From: Vicinamibacteria bacterium
Lineage (GTDB): Bacteria; Acidobacteriota; Vicinamibacteria; Marinacidobacterales; Marinacidobacteraceae
Assembly (NCBI GenBank): GCA_963668695.2
Contig: CAXXLQ010000004.1
Location: 768,001 to 832,000, forward strand
Length of the DNA stretch: 64,000 nucleotides
Reading direction: 5' to 3'
The position numbers and the translations under genes are program-made. The notes below the pieces were generated by a model. That model was not told the DNA's origin. It was given only the letters and a program-made list of their open reading frames with translations, and ran no database searches. Shown here piece by piece: positions 31,046 through 40,582 of the stretch; the first letter of the stretch is position 1; the number at the start of each line of letters is the position of its first letter.

Positions 31046-32194
31046 CTATGGACCACCGATCCGCTCGGGGGTCAACCGGAACGGAGTCAAGTCGGAAGGC
31101 GACGGCCGCTCCAGGCAGAAGTCCGCCATGATGCGGCCGACCACGCTGCAGAACTTGAACCCGTGTCCTGAGAAACCAGCGGCGAAGAACACCTCGTCCG
31201 TGTCCGGATGGCGATCGAGGATGAAGTGCCCGTCCGGACTGTTCGTGAACATGCAGGCGGTCATCCGGCGCACCGGGCCGTTCGCCCGTGGGAAGTACGC
31301 CTCGATGCCCTCGCGCAGGACGGCTTCGTCCTCCGGGTGACATTCCCGGTCCATGGCATCCGGGTCGTGCACCTGCTGCCGGAGGTGGTGGAACTTGCCG
31401 ATCTTGAACCCCTCGCCCTGGTTGTCGGGGAAGCCGTAGAAATTGCCGAACGGGGACTCCAGAACGAACACCGGGAAGCGCGCCGGTTCGAAGGCGGGTG
31501 GATCGAGCGGGTCCGTCCAAAGCATGACCTGCCGCGCGGGCCGGCAAACGGGCCGGAGGCCCGGCAGCAACTCTCCCACCCACGAGCCGGCGGTGATCAC
31601 CAGCTTCCGGGTGTCGTAGCGGGCGTCGTCCGTCTCGACCCGCAGGCCACCCGGACGGGTCTCCCATCCCCGGACCCGGACGCCGGTGACGATCTCGGCG
31701 CCGAGTTCGCGCGCCGCGGCGGCATGGGCGGAGATCGCCGCTTCGCAGCGCAGGTAACCGGCGTCCGGCTGGTAGATCGCGCGCATGTTCCGGGGGAGCC
31801 GGTAGCCGGGGAACCGCCGATTCACTTCCGCGCTGTCCAATTCCTCGAACGGCAGGTCGTGTTCAACGCACGATTTGCGGGAGCCCTCGACGATCCCGCC
31901 CGCCTCCGGGCCGATGTCGAGGCCGCCCGTTATCTGCAGGATGGATTCCCCCGACACCTCCTCGATTTCCCGCCAGTAGCGGTAGGCGTCCCGCAGCAGC
32001 GGGACGTAGTGGGAGCCCTCGGAATACGCGAGCCGGATGATGCGGGTGAGCCCGTGGGACGAGCCGAACGCGTTCGGAACCTCGAAACGCTCAAGCCCCA
32101 GCACCCGCGCGCCGCTCTTCGCGAGGTGGTAGACGGCGGCGCTGCCCATCCCTCCGACGCCGATGACGATCGCGTCGTAGAAAGGCGAACTCAT
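31046..32194 (-). CDS. solA: N-methyl-L-tryptophan oxidase / monomeric sarcosine oxidase family flavoprotein
   Basis: GVGGMGS, GSSHGLTRIIR, flavinylation-type Cys in ACMFTNSPD, GFSGHGFKF. Confidence 0.88.
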   Translation of the reverse strand: MSSPFYDAIVIGVGGMGSAAVYHLAKSGARVLGLERFEVPNAFGSSHGLTRIIRLAYSEGSHYVPLLRDAYRYWREIEEVSGESILQITGGLDIGPEAGGIVEGSRKSCVEHDLPFEELDSAEVNRRFPGYRLPRNMRAIYQPDAGYLRCEAAISAHAAAARELGAEIVTGVRVRGWETRPGGLRVETDDARYDTRKLVITAGSWVGELLPGLRPVCRPARQVMLWTDPLDPPAFEPARFPVFVLESPFGNFYGFPDNQGEGFKIGKFHHLRQQVHDPDAMDRECHPEDEAVLREGIEAYFPRANGPVRRMTACMFTNSPDGHFILDRHPDTDEVFFAAGFSGHGFKFCSVVGRIMADFCLERPSPSDLTPFRLTPERIGGP

Positions 32195-32302
32195 GGGGCG
32201 ATCAGGGGGAGCAGGCGACGGAGAGAGTGTCCGCCTATATGGTGTCCATCACGACTCAGCACCGTCCTAAAATATCCGTTTTATAGGCATTTGCCGTCCT
32301 AG

Positions 32303-33214
32303 GAGTCTGCGCCGGAGGAGTCTTGCGGATTTCGAGTGGATGCGTTCGGGGGCAGGATGGTGTAGGGGTTCGGGTTTGATTTTGGGGGTAGTGAGAGATT
32401 CGGAGTGATCGAAACGGCGCCAACGCGGGGTATTTCGGTTCGGAATCTGCGGCGAGCGGTCTGGGCGTGCGCCATCAGGCGGTTGTGAGCGCTCCGATCC
32501 GCTTGATGTTCACAGCCAGGCACACCAGGTTCCACTCGGCTTGCACTTTCGCCAGCCCCCGGAAGCGGAAGCGGCGAAACCCCAGCACCTCCTTGATCCA
32601 GCCGTTCGGCGCCTCGGATAGCCACTTCCGTCGGGCGTAGCGGGCCCGCCCCGCCTCCGTCTCCAATCTCTTTTTCATCCGACCGGTCGCCGGCCGTGTC
32701 GCCGGGTCCACCGCCGCCTGCTTCTTCCCCTCCCGGCCCAGCGCCACATACCCGTCAATGTCTCGCTTCTCCAACTCCCGAAGGTTCGCCTCGCTGCAAT
32801 ACCCCGCATCCGCCAGAACCTCCTGCGGCTTCTCTCCCAAGGTCTCCTCCACCGCGTCCAGCATCGGAAGCAACTGCTCCACATCGTTCGCCTTCGCTCC
32901 CACGCTCGCCCCCACCACGATCTGGTGCGCGTCATCCACCGCCGTCTGCGCGTTGTAGCTCTGCTGGAATCCCTCCGTGCTCGTCTTCATGATCCGACTC
33001 TGCGGGTCCGTGAAGTTGCTCTGCGCCTTCGGCTCCGGCTCCCCATACTCCCGCTGGTAGGGCCTACCGCCTTTCGCCGGCCGATCCTGTTCCGGCTGCC
33101 GGCCACGCTCGTCGTCCGCCCGCCGCTGCGCCGCCTCCAACCGCTCACGCGCCGCCTCGATCGCCGCCAGCCGATCCGCCCGCCGCCGCAACTCCGCCGG
33201 CAACTCGTCGCCAC
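32303..33214 (-). mobile_element. IS1182-family element, 3' remnant (transposase fragment 32475-33214)
   Basis: RGDELPAEL, QSNFTDPQSRIMK, LADAGYCSE, YARRK..SEAPNGWIK..LGFRRF; end CGGCGCAGACTC-CTAG. Confidence 0.85.
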
Positions 33215-33251
33215 GCACTGCTCCCGTGGTGCCAGCAGAAGGGCTATCGCC

Positions 33252-34044
33252 GGCATTGTCAACTTGGCCTCCTGCTGGCAGAGTTACCGCATGCCCAGCT
33301 GCCGCGGATACCGGTTTCCCCCTGAAATCATCAGCCACGCGGTGTGGCTCTATCATCGCTTCGCGCTCAGCTTCCGAGACGTGGAGGACTTGCTGGCCCG
33401 CCGGGGTGTCGAAGTCACCTATGAGGCCATCCGGAAGTGGTGTCGGCGGTTCGGTCCTGAGTATGCGGGCCGATTGCGGCGCCGACGTGGCCGGCTCGGC
33501 GACCTCTGGCATCTCGACGAGTTGTTCGTCACGATCCAGGGTCGCCAGCAGTACTTGTGGCGCGCTGTGGATGAGGACGGTGACGTCCTCGACATCCTCG
33601 TGCAACCGCGACGGAATCGGCACGCCGCGGTGCGCTTCTTTCGCAAGTTGCTGAAAAACCAGCGGCAAGTGCCGCGACGCCTGATCACCGACAAGCTGCG
33701 CAGCTACTCGGCTGCCTGTCGCACGGTGATGCCGTCGGTGCCTCACTGCACCGATCAGTACGCGAACAACCGCGCGGAGGTCTCCCATCAACCGACCCGA
33801 CAGCGTGAGCGCCAGATGCGGCGTTTCACGTCGGCCGCTCAGCTCCAACGGTTCGCGTCGGTTCACGGTATCGTGCAGAATCTGTTTCGAGTCGGTCGAC
33901 ACCTCCTGCGATCGGCTCACCACCGTCTGCTCCGCACTCGCGCGTTCGTTGAATGGGATGCGGTGACGTGCGCCTGCTGAGAACGATCGGGGGCGTCGAG
34001 GTCACGGGGCAAGAGCGCGCTACCCCCAACAAGTTGACAATGCC
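33252..34044 (+). mobile_element. IS6-family insertion sequence (793 bp)
   Basis: Perfect 15-bp TIRs GGCATTGTCAACTTG / CAAGTTGACAATGCC; no target duplication visible. Confidence 0.95.
33291..33980 (+). CDS. IS6-family DDE transposase (appears intact)
   Basis: YRFPPEII, WHLDE, YLWRAVD, ITDKL, NNRAEVSHQP. Confidence 0.95.
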   Translation: MPSCRGYRFPPEIISHAVWLYHRFALSFRDVEDLLARRGVEVTYEAIRKWCRRFGPEYAGRLRRRRGRLGDLWHLDELFVTIQGRQQYLWRAVDEDGDVLDILVQPRRNRHAAVRFFRKLLKNQRQVPRRLITDKLRSYSAACRTVMPSVPHCTDQYANNRAEVSHQPTRQRERQMRRFTSAAQLQRFASVHGIVQNLFRVGRHLLRSAHHRLLRTRAFVEWDAVTCAC

Positions 34045-34103
34045 CCGTGCAGGCCATTGAGCCGCCTACTCCACCGACCGGACACTATGACGGGATCGCC
34101 TTG

Positions 34104-35609
34104 ATGCCTTTCGACGTTCTGACTGCCGAAATATCTCATGAGACTAATTCCTTCAATCTTCAGGAGACCGACGAGGAGGCCTTCAGAAACCGCTACGTGT
34201 TGATGGGCTCCGAAGCGATCGGCGAGCGCGGCACAGCGAATACGGAGCTGGCTGGCTTCCTCACAGCCGGTCGAGCACATGGCTGGCAGGTCACGCATGT
34301 ACTCAGTGCGGCTGCCGGGCCAAGCGACAAAGTGACACGGGCGACGTTTGACTGGCTCTGTGACCCGATAATCTCCGCGATCACACAGCACTCATTCGAC
34401 GGACTTCTGCTCGGGCTGCATGGCGCGATGGACCTTGATTTCTGTGAAGATGGCGAGGGTGAGTTGCTTTCGCGCATTCGACGCGTGGTGGGCGAAACAA
34501 TCCCAATTGCCATCACGCTTGACCCACATGCGAATGTCAGCAGCCGGATGTGTGCTCTGGCCAACATCATCGTGTCGTTCAAGACCTACCCTCACATAGA
34601 TATGCACGACACAGGTCATCAGGCCGGTGATATCTTGCACCGAGCGATGGCTGGCGACATCACGCCGTCCACAGTGCGAGTGAGCCGCCCTATGCTGGAG
34701 AAAGTCAATGGCGGGCGTACCGATGTGGGCCCGATGATCGAGCGCATTGCGGCAGCGCGGGCGTATGAGGAACACCCGGATGCGTTCGCTGTGAGCATCA
34801 ACGCCGGTTTCGCCGGTGCTGACGTCACGGAGGTCGGTCCGACGGTGTTGGTGACCGGTCAAGGGGATCATGCGGCGCACACCGCCTTCGCCGAAACTAT
34901 CGCTGATGACATCTGGAACAGACGCCATGAAGTGCTGAACGACTATTTGAGTGTCGAAGAAGCCGCGGCGATTGCCGCCACATACCAGCCTGTCCACGGA
35001 CCACTGGTCATTGCGGACTAGGCAGACAATCCGGGTGCAGGCGGCTACGGCGATTCAACCGATCTGTTGCGAGCGCTGCTTGATGCTGGCGTGGCGGATG
35101 CCTGTTTTGGTCCGATGGTGGATGGTGACGTAGCGCGGCGATTGCATTCTGATGTCGTTGGCACACGCGTTCACATGACTCTGGGTGGCAAGACCGAGCC
35201 ACGCTTCGGTGGAGGGCCACTTGCCCTTGAGGCGGAACTCGTGTCTCTCAGCGAGGGCCGTTTCACTGGCGACGGGCCGATGATCGATGGGCTCACTGGC
35301 AGTTTCTGTCCGAGTGCGGTACTGCGCGTTGGCGGTATTGAGATCCTGGTCGTGACCATCGCCCGCCAAATACTCGACCTGCAGCAATTCAAGGCCTTCG
35401 GCATCGAGCCGGAGAAAAAGTCCGTCGTGGCGCTACGATCGATGCAGCACTTCTGCGCCGCATTCGAACCGATTGCTGGACAGGTGATCGTGTGCGACTG
35501 CGGCGCACTGTGCACCCCACGCTACGACCCGCTGCCCTATCGCAACGTGCCACGACCGATTTTTCCTCTAGATCGGGATATGACCCTCGGTTCTGGATCG
35601 GCTACGTGA
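34104..35609 (+). pseudogene. MlrC-like M81 metallopeptidase with an internal amber stop
   Basis: HETNSF, LHGAM, LDPHAN, YPHID, then IAD*ADNPGAG in frame (TAG 35019-35021). Confidence 0.85.
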
Positions 35610-36692
35610 AGGCGCCTGCGGAACGCTTCGGGCCTTAACCGCCTTGGCGACGAATGGTGAGGTCATGGCGCGAACGAGCGCGCTGTAGTTGAGCTCGAAC
35701 GTAACTTCGCTGCCAACATGCAGGCGGTAGCCACTGGAGTCTGTGACGAGGTGGTCGCTGCTGGCCCCGAGAACCGTGATCCCGGGTGGCGGAAGGAGGC
35801 CGTATGGGTCTGTGTCCTGGTGCCCGATGGCCAGGATCGCTCGCGGGATGAAGCCCCGGTCGGTGGCGGGCGGCCTTTCCCCGAAGGCCGTCTGTTGTTC
35901 CACGGTGCCCCGTGGCTGAGATGGTTTGACCTTCAGCTCGATCACCTCGGCAACGAGCGTAACGGCATCGGTGTGCAGCCCGTCGAGTGGTGACCGGCGG
36001 AGTGACTCACGGCCAAGGAGAATCGACTCGCCCAGACGGAGATTGTTGATCCGCCCGGTGTCTGAGCAGCCGAGCGCCCACTCGAGGCTGCCGGAGTTGC
36101 CTCCGGAGACGATGCCGAGTGAAAGTCCGAAGCTCGCCTCGATCGAATCGGCCAGCGCCGACAGCTCCGCCATGTTCTTGGCGTCGGGCACCACCCCGCT
36201 GTGACAGGCGAGGTTCGTCCCTATTCCCCTGAGCGCGATGTTCGGGAAACGAAGCGTCTCGCGCACGGTGTTCTCAAGGTCGCCGGGCATGACACCTTCT
36301 CGGAGGTCGCCCAGCTCGACCATCAACACGACTCCGTGGGTCTTGCCGGCCTCTGTCGCAGCGGAGGACAGCGCGCTCAGGACGTCAAGCTCGGTGTTGA
36401 AGCTCGTGTCGCAGTGCCGTACAACCTGGTTCACCTGACTCAGCATCGGAGACCGAATAAGCATCATCGGCGCCGGTACTCGCGAGCAACGCATCGCCTG
36501 GATGTTCTCGATGCGGGAGTCGCCGACCGCGGTTGTGCCCGCGTCGAGCATTGTCTGGGCGATGTCGGGTGAGCCGAGCATCGCTTTCGTGACGCCCGTA
36601 ACTGAGATACTGCGCCGGGCGAGCGATTCAACCAGCGCGCAGGCGTTATGGTGGATCTTGTCGAGGTTGATCTCCAATCGCGGCGCGGTCAT
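35568..36692 (-). CDS. PLP-dependent alanine/ornithine racemase-family enzyme
   Basis: VTGVTK (PLP Lys), GDSRIEN, MVELGDLREG, GTNLAC, SGGNS, LRLGE, GASSDH. Confidence 0.88.
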   Translation of the reverse strand: MTAPRLEINLDKIHHNACALVESLARRSISVTGVTKAMLGSPDIAQTMLDAGTTAVGDSRIENIQAMRCSRVPAPMMLIRSPMLSQVNQVVRHCDTSFNTELDVLSALSSAATEAGKTHGVVLMVELGDLREGVMPGDLENTVRETLRFPNIALRGIGTNLACHSGVVPDAKNMAELSALADSIEASFGLSLGIVSGGNSGSLEWALGCSDTGRINNLRLGESILLGRESLRRSPLDGLHTDAVTLVAEVIELKVKPSQPRGTVEQQTAFGERPPATDRGFIPRAILAIGHQDTDPYGLLPPPGITVLGASSDHLVTDSSGYRLHVGSEVTFELNYSALVRAMTSPFVAKAVKARSVPQAPSRSRSRTEGHIPI

Positions 36693-37918
36693 GAAACCAC
36701 GACGGTCATCTTCTCCTCGAGCTCTGGAAACCCCGAAAGTACCATCTCCACCAAGCGGCCGGGCGATCGGGTAAGCGCATCGGTGGCCGGGATGCCGAGC
36801 TCGCACTCATACTCCGCGATGGCAGTGTCAACCTCGGTGTCGGTCATGTTCTCGTGATTGATCGTGATGCCAATGACCTTTGTATCGGAGAAGGTCTCGA
36901 TGAGATTGATCTCGGAGATCGCCGTCGGCATCGGCATCTGTTCGAAGTCGCAGCGATGGGCTCGACCCGGTGCGTGCTGCAACACGACACCGTGTGGGTG
37001 GCTGCCCCGGAGAATCAGACTCGAGGTCGAGAAGGCCGGGTGACTCAACGCGCCTTGTCCTTCGATGACGATCACGTCTGGATTCTCGCCCTTGAACGCC
37101 TCAACGACGGCGGCTTCCATCTCACCCGAACAGAACTGTGACGGAACAGCATCGAGCGCGACACCGTAGCGGGCACCCTGAATCAATCCTGTCTGGCCGG
37201 TGCTCACCAGCACCGTCTTCAGGCCGTGAGCGTTGAGGGCGCGGGTCAGGACGTTGGCCGTCGTGCGCTTGCCGATGGCGCAGTCAGTGCCGAGCACGGC
37301 GATCCGGGGGCAGGTGACTTCGGCGATGCGGCCAGTGAATATCCGGAGGTCTTTCTGCGCCCGCGGCTTTCGCACGTCGAGGATTTCCACGTTCCCCGCT
37401 GCACTGGCCGCCGCGAACTCCGGATCGTCGTTCAAGAACTCATGCAAACCGTTTACGATGTTCATCCCGAGACGCATCGCCTCAAACACGATACCGCGGT
37501 CATGTTTCGACAATAAGCCTGTCGCCGGGGCGATGCCGAAGATGAAGTAGTCGGGTACAAAGCCCACGTGCGCGAGTACGTCCGCGAGGTCCCGACGGAT
37601 GGGGATGGCGTTCGGCTCCTCGCCGAGCACTGTGCCAGAATCAAGACCGGCCTTCTCACTGTCGACGACCGAGAGGATCTGATACCGCTCCGAGTGACGA
37701 ACGAGCCCGTTGGCGGTCTTTCCATCGATGGCGCCGAAGTTCGCTTCGCAATACACGACGGCCGTTGGGGGGGGCGACGCCTCGCGGAGGCGGCGGTTCA
37801 GGGCAGATGACCCCAGCCGGCTGCCGACCGTCTCGCGAATCAAGGACCGGTCGTCGGAGTACCCGGCGTCGCCAGTGGGGCGACGCGGGCTCAGTGGGAG
37901 CTGCGCCAGTTGCGTCAT
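36689..37918 (-). CDS. DUF1611 (DgcN-like) P-loop protein
   Basis: GKTANGLVR, NGLHEFL, GTDCAIGKRTT, TGQTG, IEGQGALSHP; ATGA-coupled to the racemase. Confidence 0.88.
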   Translation of the reverse strand: MTQLAQLPLSPRRPTGDAGYSDDRSLIRETVGSRLGSSALNRRLREASPPPTAVVYCEANFGAIDGKTANGLVRHSERYQILSVVDSEKAGLDSGTVLGEEPNAIPIRRDLADVLAHVGFVPDYFIFGIAPATGLLSKHDRGIVFEAMRLGMNIVNGLHEFLNDDPEFAAASAAGNVEILDVRKPRAQKDLRIFTGRIAEVTCPRIAVLGTDCAIGKRTTANVLTRALNAHGLKTVLVSTGQTGLIQGARYGVALDAVPSQFCSGEMEAAVVEAFKGENPDVIVIEGQGALSHPAFSTSSLILRGSHPHGVVLQHAPGRAHRCDFEQMPMPTAISEINLIETFSDTKVIGITINHENMTDTEVDTAIAEYECELGIPATDALTRSPGRLVEMVLSGFPELEEKMTVVVS

Positions 37919-37960
37919 TCTTCTGTTCGACCTTTCACCCAAGTGCAGGCACGTGCGTGT

Positions 37961-38110
37961 TGTACCGCACCCGGTTTCTTGGACACACGTTTGCGCTACG
38001 CGGAATGGCGTAGCTCGTATTCCTCGCGCGCTTCGAGCGGCGTGCGATACGCCAGCTTCTCGAGGCGCCAGCACTGGTTGTCGTGTTCGACGAACCAAGC
38101 GCGGACGAAA
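37961..38110 (-). mobile_element. IS3-family remnant (transposase C-terminus and right TIR)
   Basis: VRAWFVEHDNQCWRLEKLAYRTPLEAREEYELRHSA* followed by GTGTCCAAGAAACCGGGTGCGGTACA ending in CA. Confidence 0.7.
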
Positions 38111-38221
38111 ACCTCTAGCCGCATCAACCGTGATCGGTTAATTTGAGGTCTTAGGTTTTGAACTATACCACTAGAGGTCTATAAGGTTGTTGGTCGCTTG
38201 GATCCGAGCGAGATCGAGCGA

Positions 38222-38317
38222 TGGCGGAGAGGGTGGGATTCGAACCCACGTGCCCGGCTCTTCACCGGACAAAGCGCTTTCGAGGCGCTCCCGTTACGGC
38301 CACTTCGGTACCTCTCC
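38222..38317 (-). tRNA. tRNA-Ser(CGA)
   Basis: GGAGAGGTACCGAAGTGG...CCTCGAAAG...long variable arm...GGTTCGAATCCCACCCTCTCCGCCA. Confidence 0.95.
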
Positions 38318-38358
38318 GGGCCTGGATGAACTCAGGGTTGAGCAATGTACGCCGGAAG

Positions 38359-38847
38359 TCAGCCGGCGGGGCTGGGAGCCCGCCGCCGCTCCTGGAAGAA
38401 ACGCTGCAACAACGCGCGTCCCTCGTCGGCCAAGACTCCCGAAACCACCGTGAGGCGGTGCGGTAGTCCTAGGCCCTCCAGCGCGAGCTTGGATTCTACT
38501 CCACCGAATTTGGGCTCCGGAGGACCGTAGACGAGACGGCGGATCCGGGCGTGGATGATCGCGCCCGTACACATCAGGCACGGCTCCACCGTGGTGTAGA
38601 GGTCGCAGCCAACGAGTCGGTAGTTGCCGATGCGCTCGGCAGCGGCGCGGAGGGCAAGGATCTCCGCGTGGGCGGTGGGGTCACCGGTCTTGAGAACGCG
38701 GTTCGAAGCGGCGGCGATGATTTCGCCGTCTTTCGCGACCACCGCGCCGACGGGGACTTCGCCGCCTAGGGCGGCGTCCTCCGCCTCGGCGAGCGCGGCC
38801 CGCATGAGGGCGAGGTCGTGGGGGTCCGAGCCGGTGCCTTCGGTCAC
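38359..38847 (-). CDS. tadA: tRNA adenosine(34) deaminase
   Basis: EVPVGAV, DPTAHAE, EPCLMC; next to tRNA-Ser. Confidence 0.93.
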   Translation of the reverse strand: MTEGTGSDPHDLALMRAALAEAEDAALGGEVPVGAVVAKDGEIIAAASNRVLKTGDPTAHAEILALRAAAERIGNYRLVGCDLYTTVEPCLMCTGAIIHARIRRLVYGPPEPKFGGVESKLALEGLGLPHRLTVVSGVLADEGRALLQRFFQERRRAPSPAG

Positions 38848-38939
38848 GGCGGGATCGTAGTGGTCCGGGGCTTTGCCTGTCGTTTAACGCCGTGTGGGTG
38901 GCGTTGCGCCATCCTCGGTGCCTGCTGCGCCATGCGGGG

Positions 38940-39188
38940 ACTGGCGACGGGAGTTTCGCGGCCTACGGCTGCGATGCCGGTCTGAAGGCCCCTACCGGGA
39001 GAACCGGCCAGCGTTCCCGCTGTCGCGCGCCATCTACGCAGGGGGCGATACGCCGTTCGCCCCGCTGCGCGGGGCGGTGTCGACCGGAGGTCCGGCGTTC
39101 CAAGCCGTCCCCGCCCTTCTGCTCGATCGGCGGCGCGCGGTCTCGCGGCCCTGTGGGCCGCGGTACCGGTCTGAAGACCGGCGCTCCC
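38940..39188. repeat. BIME-like REP cluster
   Basis: Long-form REP at about 38973-39017, CGGCGTTCCAAGCCGTCCCC unit as at 20767, short REP at about 39163-39188. Confidence 0.8.
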
Positions 39189-39204
39189 TGCCCGGTTCCT
39201 ATAC

Positions 39205-40548
39205 TTGGCCGTCTTGGCTCGGGGACTGCGACGGGAGTTGCGTCTCGGCGACGCACTCTTCGTCAACATCGGGACGATCCTCGCGTCGGCGGCCTTCGTG
39301 GTTCCGGCCTACGTCATCGCCTCAACGGGTTCGGCGGGCGGCGCCGCGCTGATCTGGGTGGGAGCCGGAGCGATATCGCTCTGCGGAGCGTTCGCGATCG
39401 CCGAGCTCGCGGCGCTCTATCCGCACACCGGCGGCGAGTACGTCTATCTGGAACGGGCCTACCACCCCCTGGTCGGGTTCCTCTACGGCTGGAGCCTCTT
39501 CGCGGTCATCCAGACCGCCTCGATCGCCGCGGTCGCGGTCGTCTTCGTCGAGTACGGCGCCGAGTTCGTGCCGCTCAGCCCCGTTGCCGCGAAGGCGGCG
39601 GTGGTGGTGCTCATCCTCGGGCTCTCGCTTTGGAACTGCCGGAGCATTCGCGCCTCGGCCAGCACCCAGAACCTGACCACCATCGCCAAGCTGGTGATGG
39701 CGGGGGCGATCGTGGTGCTTTGCGTTTCCTTGGGCGACCAGTCGGTCGAGACCATCTCGCGGGCGCGGCTTCCGGTCGAGGGCTCGTGGGCGGCCCGCTG
39801 GGGCGCCGCCATGGTGGGGGCGCTGTGGGCCTACGACGGCTGGATCAGCATCACCTTCGTGGGCGGGGAGGTAAAAAACCCCCAGCGCTTCCTGCCGCGC
39901 GCCATCTCGCTCAGCCTGTTTCTGCTGATCGGTATCTATCTGCTGCTCAACTTCGCCTATCTGAAGGCGCTGCCGCTTGGGAGCTTCGTCGGGACCGAAA
40001 CCGTCGCGGCTGACGCCGCCGGACAGGCCGGGGGCCGGATCGGGGGTCAACTCGTCTCGCTCGCGGTGATGGTGTCGTGCTTCGCAGCGGCGAACGGCTT
40101 CATCTTCACGGGCGCCCGGGTCTACTACGCGATGGCGCGGGACGGGGCCTTTCTCCGCTCCTTCGCCCGGCTGAATTCGAGGGCGGTCCCGACGAACGCG
40201 ACGCTCGCCCAGGGGCTCTGGGCCGCGGCCATCGCGCTCACCGGCAGCTACGACCAGCTCTTCACCTACGTCGTGGTCGTTTCCTGGCTCTTCTACGGAC
40301 TCGGAAGCGCCGCGGTCTTCGTGCTGCGCTGGAAAAAGCCCGATCTCGAGCGGCCCTACCGGGCCTTCGGGTATCCACTCCTTCCGGCGGTCTTCACGAT
40401 CTTCTCGGCCGTTTTGCTGGTAAACACCCTCATCACGGACCCGCGCGACGCCCTGATCGGTCTGGGAATCACCGCGGCGGGCATTCCCGTATACCTTTAC
40501 TTCCGCAGGCAAAACGCGGGGCGCCCGGAAACGGACACCGCCGCGTAG
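39205..40548 (+). CDS. APC-family amino acid permease
   Basis: AELAALYPHTGGEYVYL, WAYDGW, GGEVKNP, RPYRAFGYP. Confidence 0.93.
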   Translation: MAVLARGLRRELRLGDALFVNIGTILASAAFVVPAYVIASTGSAGGAALIWVGAGAISLCGAFAIAELAALYPHTGGEYVYLERAYHPLVGFLYGWSLFAVIQTASIAAVAVVFVEYGAEFVPLSPVAAKAAVVVLILGLSLWNCRSIRASASTQNLTTIAKLVMAGAIVVLCVSLGDQSVETISRARLPVEGSWAARWGAAMVGALWAYDGWISITFVGGEVKNPQRFLPRAISLSLFLLIGIYLLLNFAYLKALPLGSFVGTETVAADAAGQAGGRIGGQLVSLAVMVSCFAAANGFIFTGARVYYAMARDGAFLRSFARLNSRAVPTNATLAQGLWAAAIALTGSYDQLFTYVVVVSWLFYGLGSAAVFVLRWKKPDLERPYRAFGYPLLPAVFTIFSAVLLVNTLITDPRDALIGLGITAAGIPVYLYFRRQNAGRPETDTAA

Positions 40549-40582
40549 CCGCCGGAACCCGTCCGGCACGGAGGACCACCCC

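Larger units (their letters stand above)
32219..38221. mobile_element. Decayed genomic island at the tRNA-Ser 3' end
   Basis: Visibly lower GC and different codon usage, three IS types and a pseudogene; CGGAGAGAGTG at 32219-32229 resembles the tRNA end CGGAGAGGGTG at 38225-38235. Confidence 0.55.

Noticed and set aside
32475-33923. 482-aa ORF as a single chimeric transposase
   Set aside because: Its N-terminal half is the antisense strand of the IS6 transposase running by chance into the IS1182 fragment.
24873-35021. Two in-frame TAG codons at probable Tyr positions (IS110 N*FP, MlrC AD*AD) suggesting amber recoding
   Set aside because: Each is one substitution from TAC/TAT, both genes carry other damage, and TAG is the normal stop of argH, solA and the Rieske gene.
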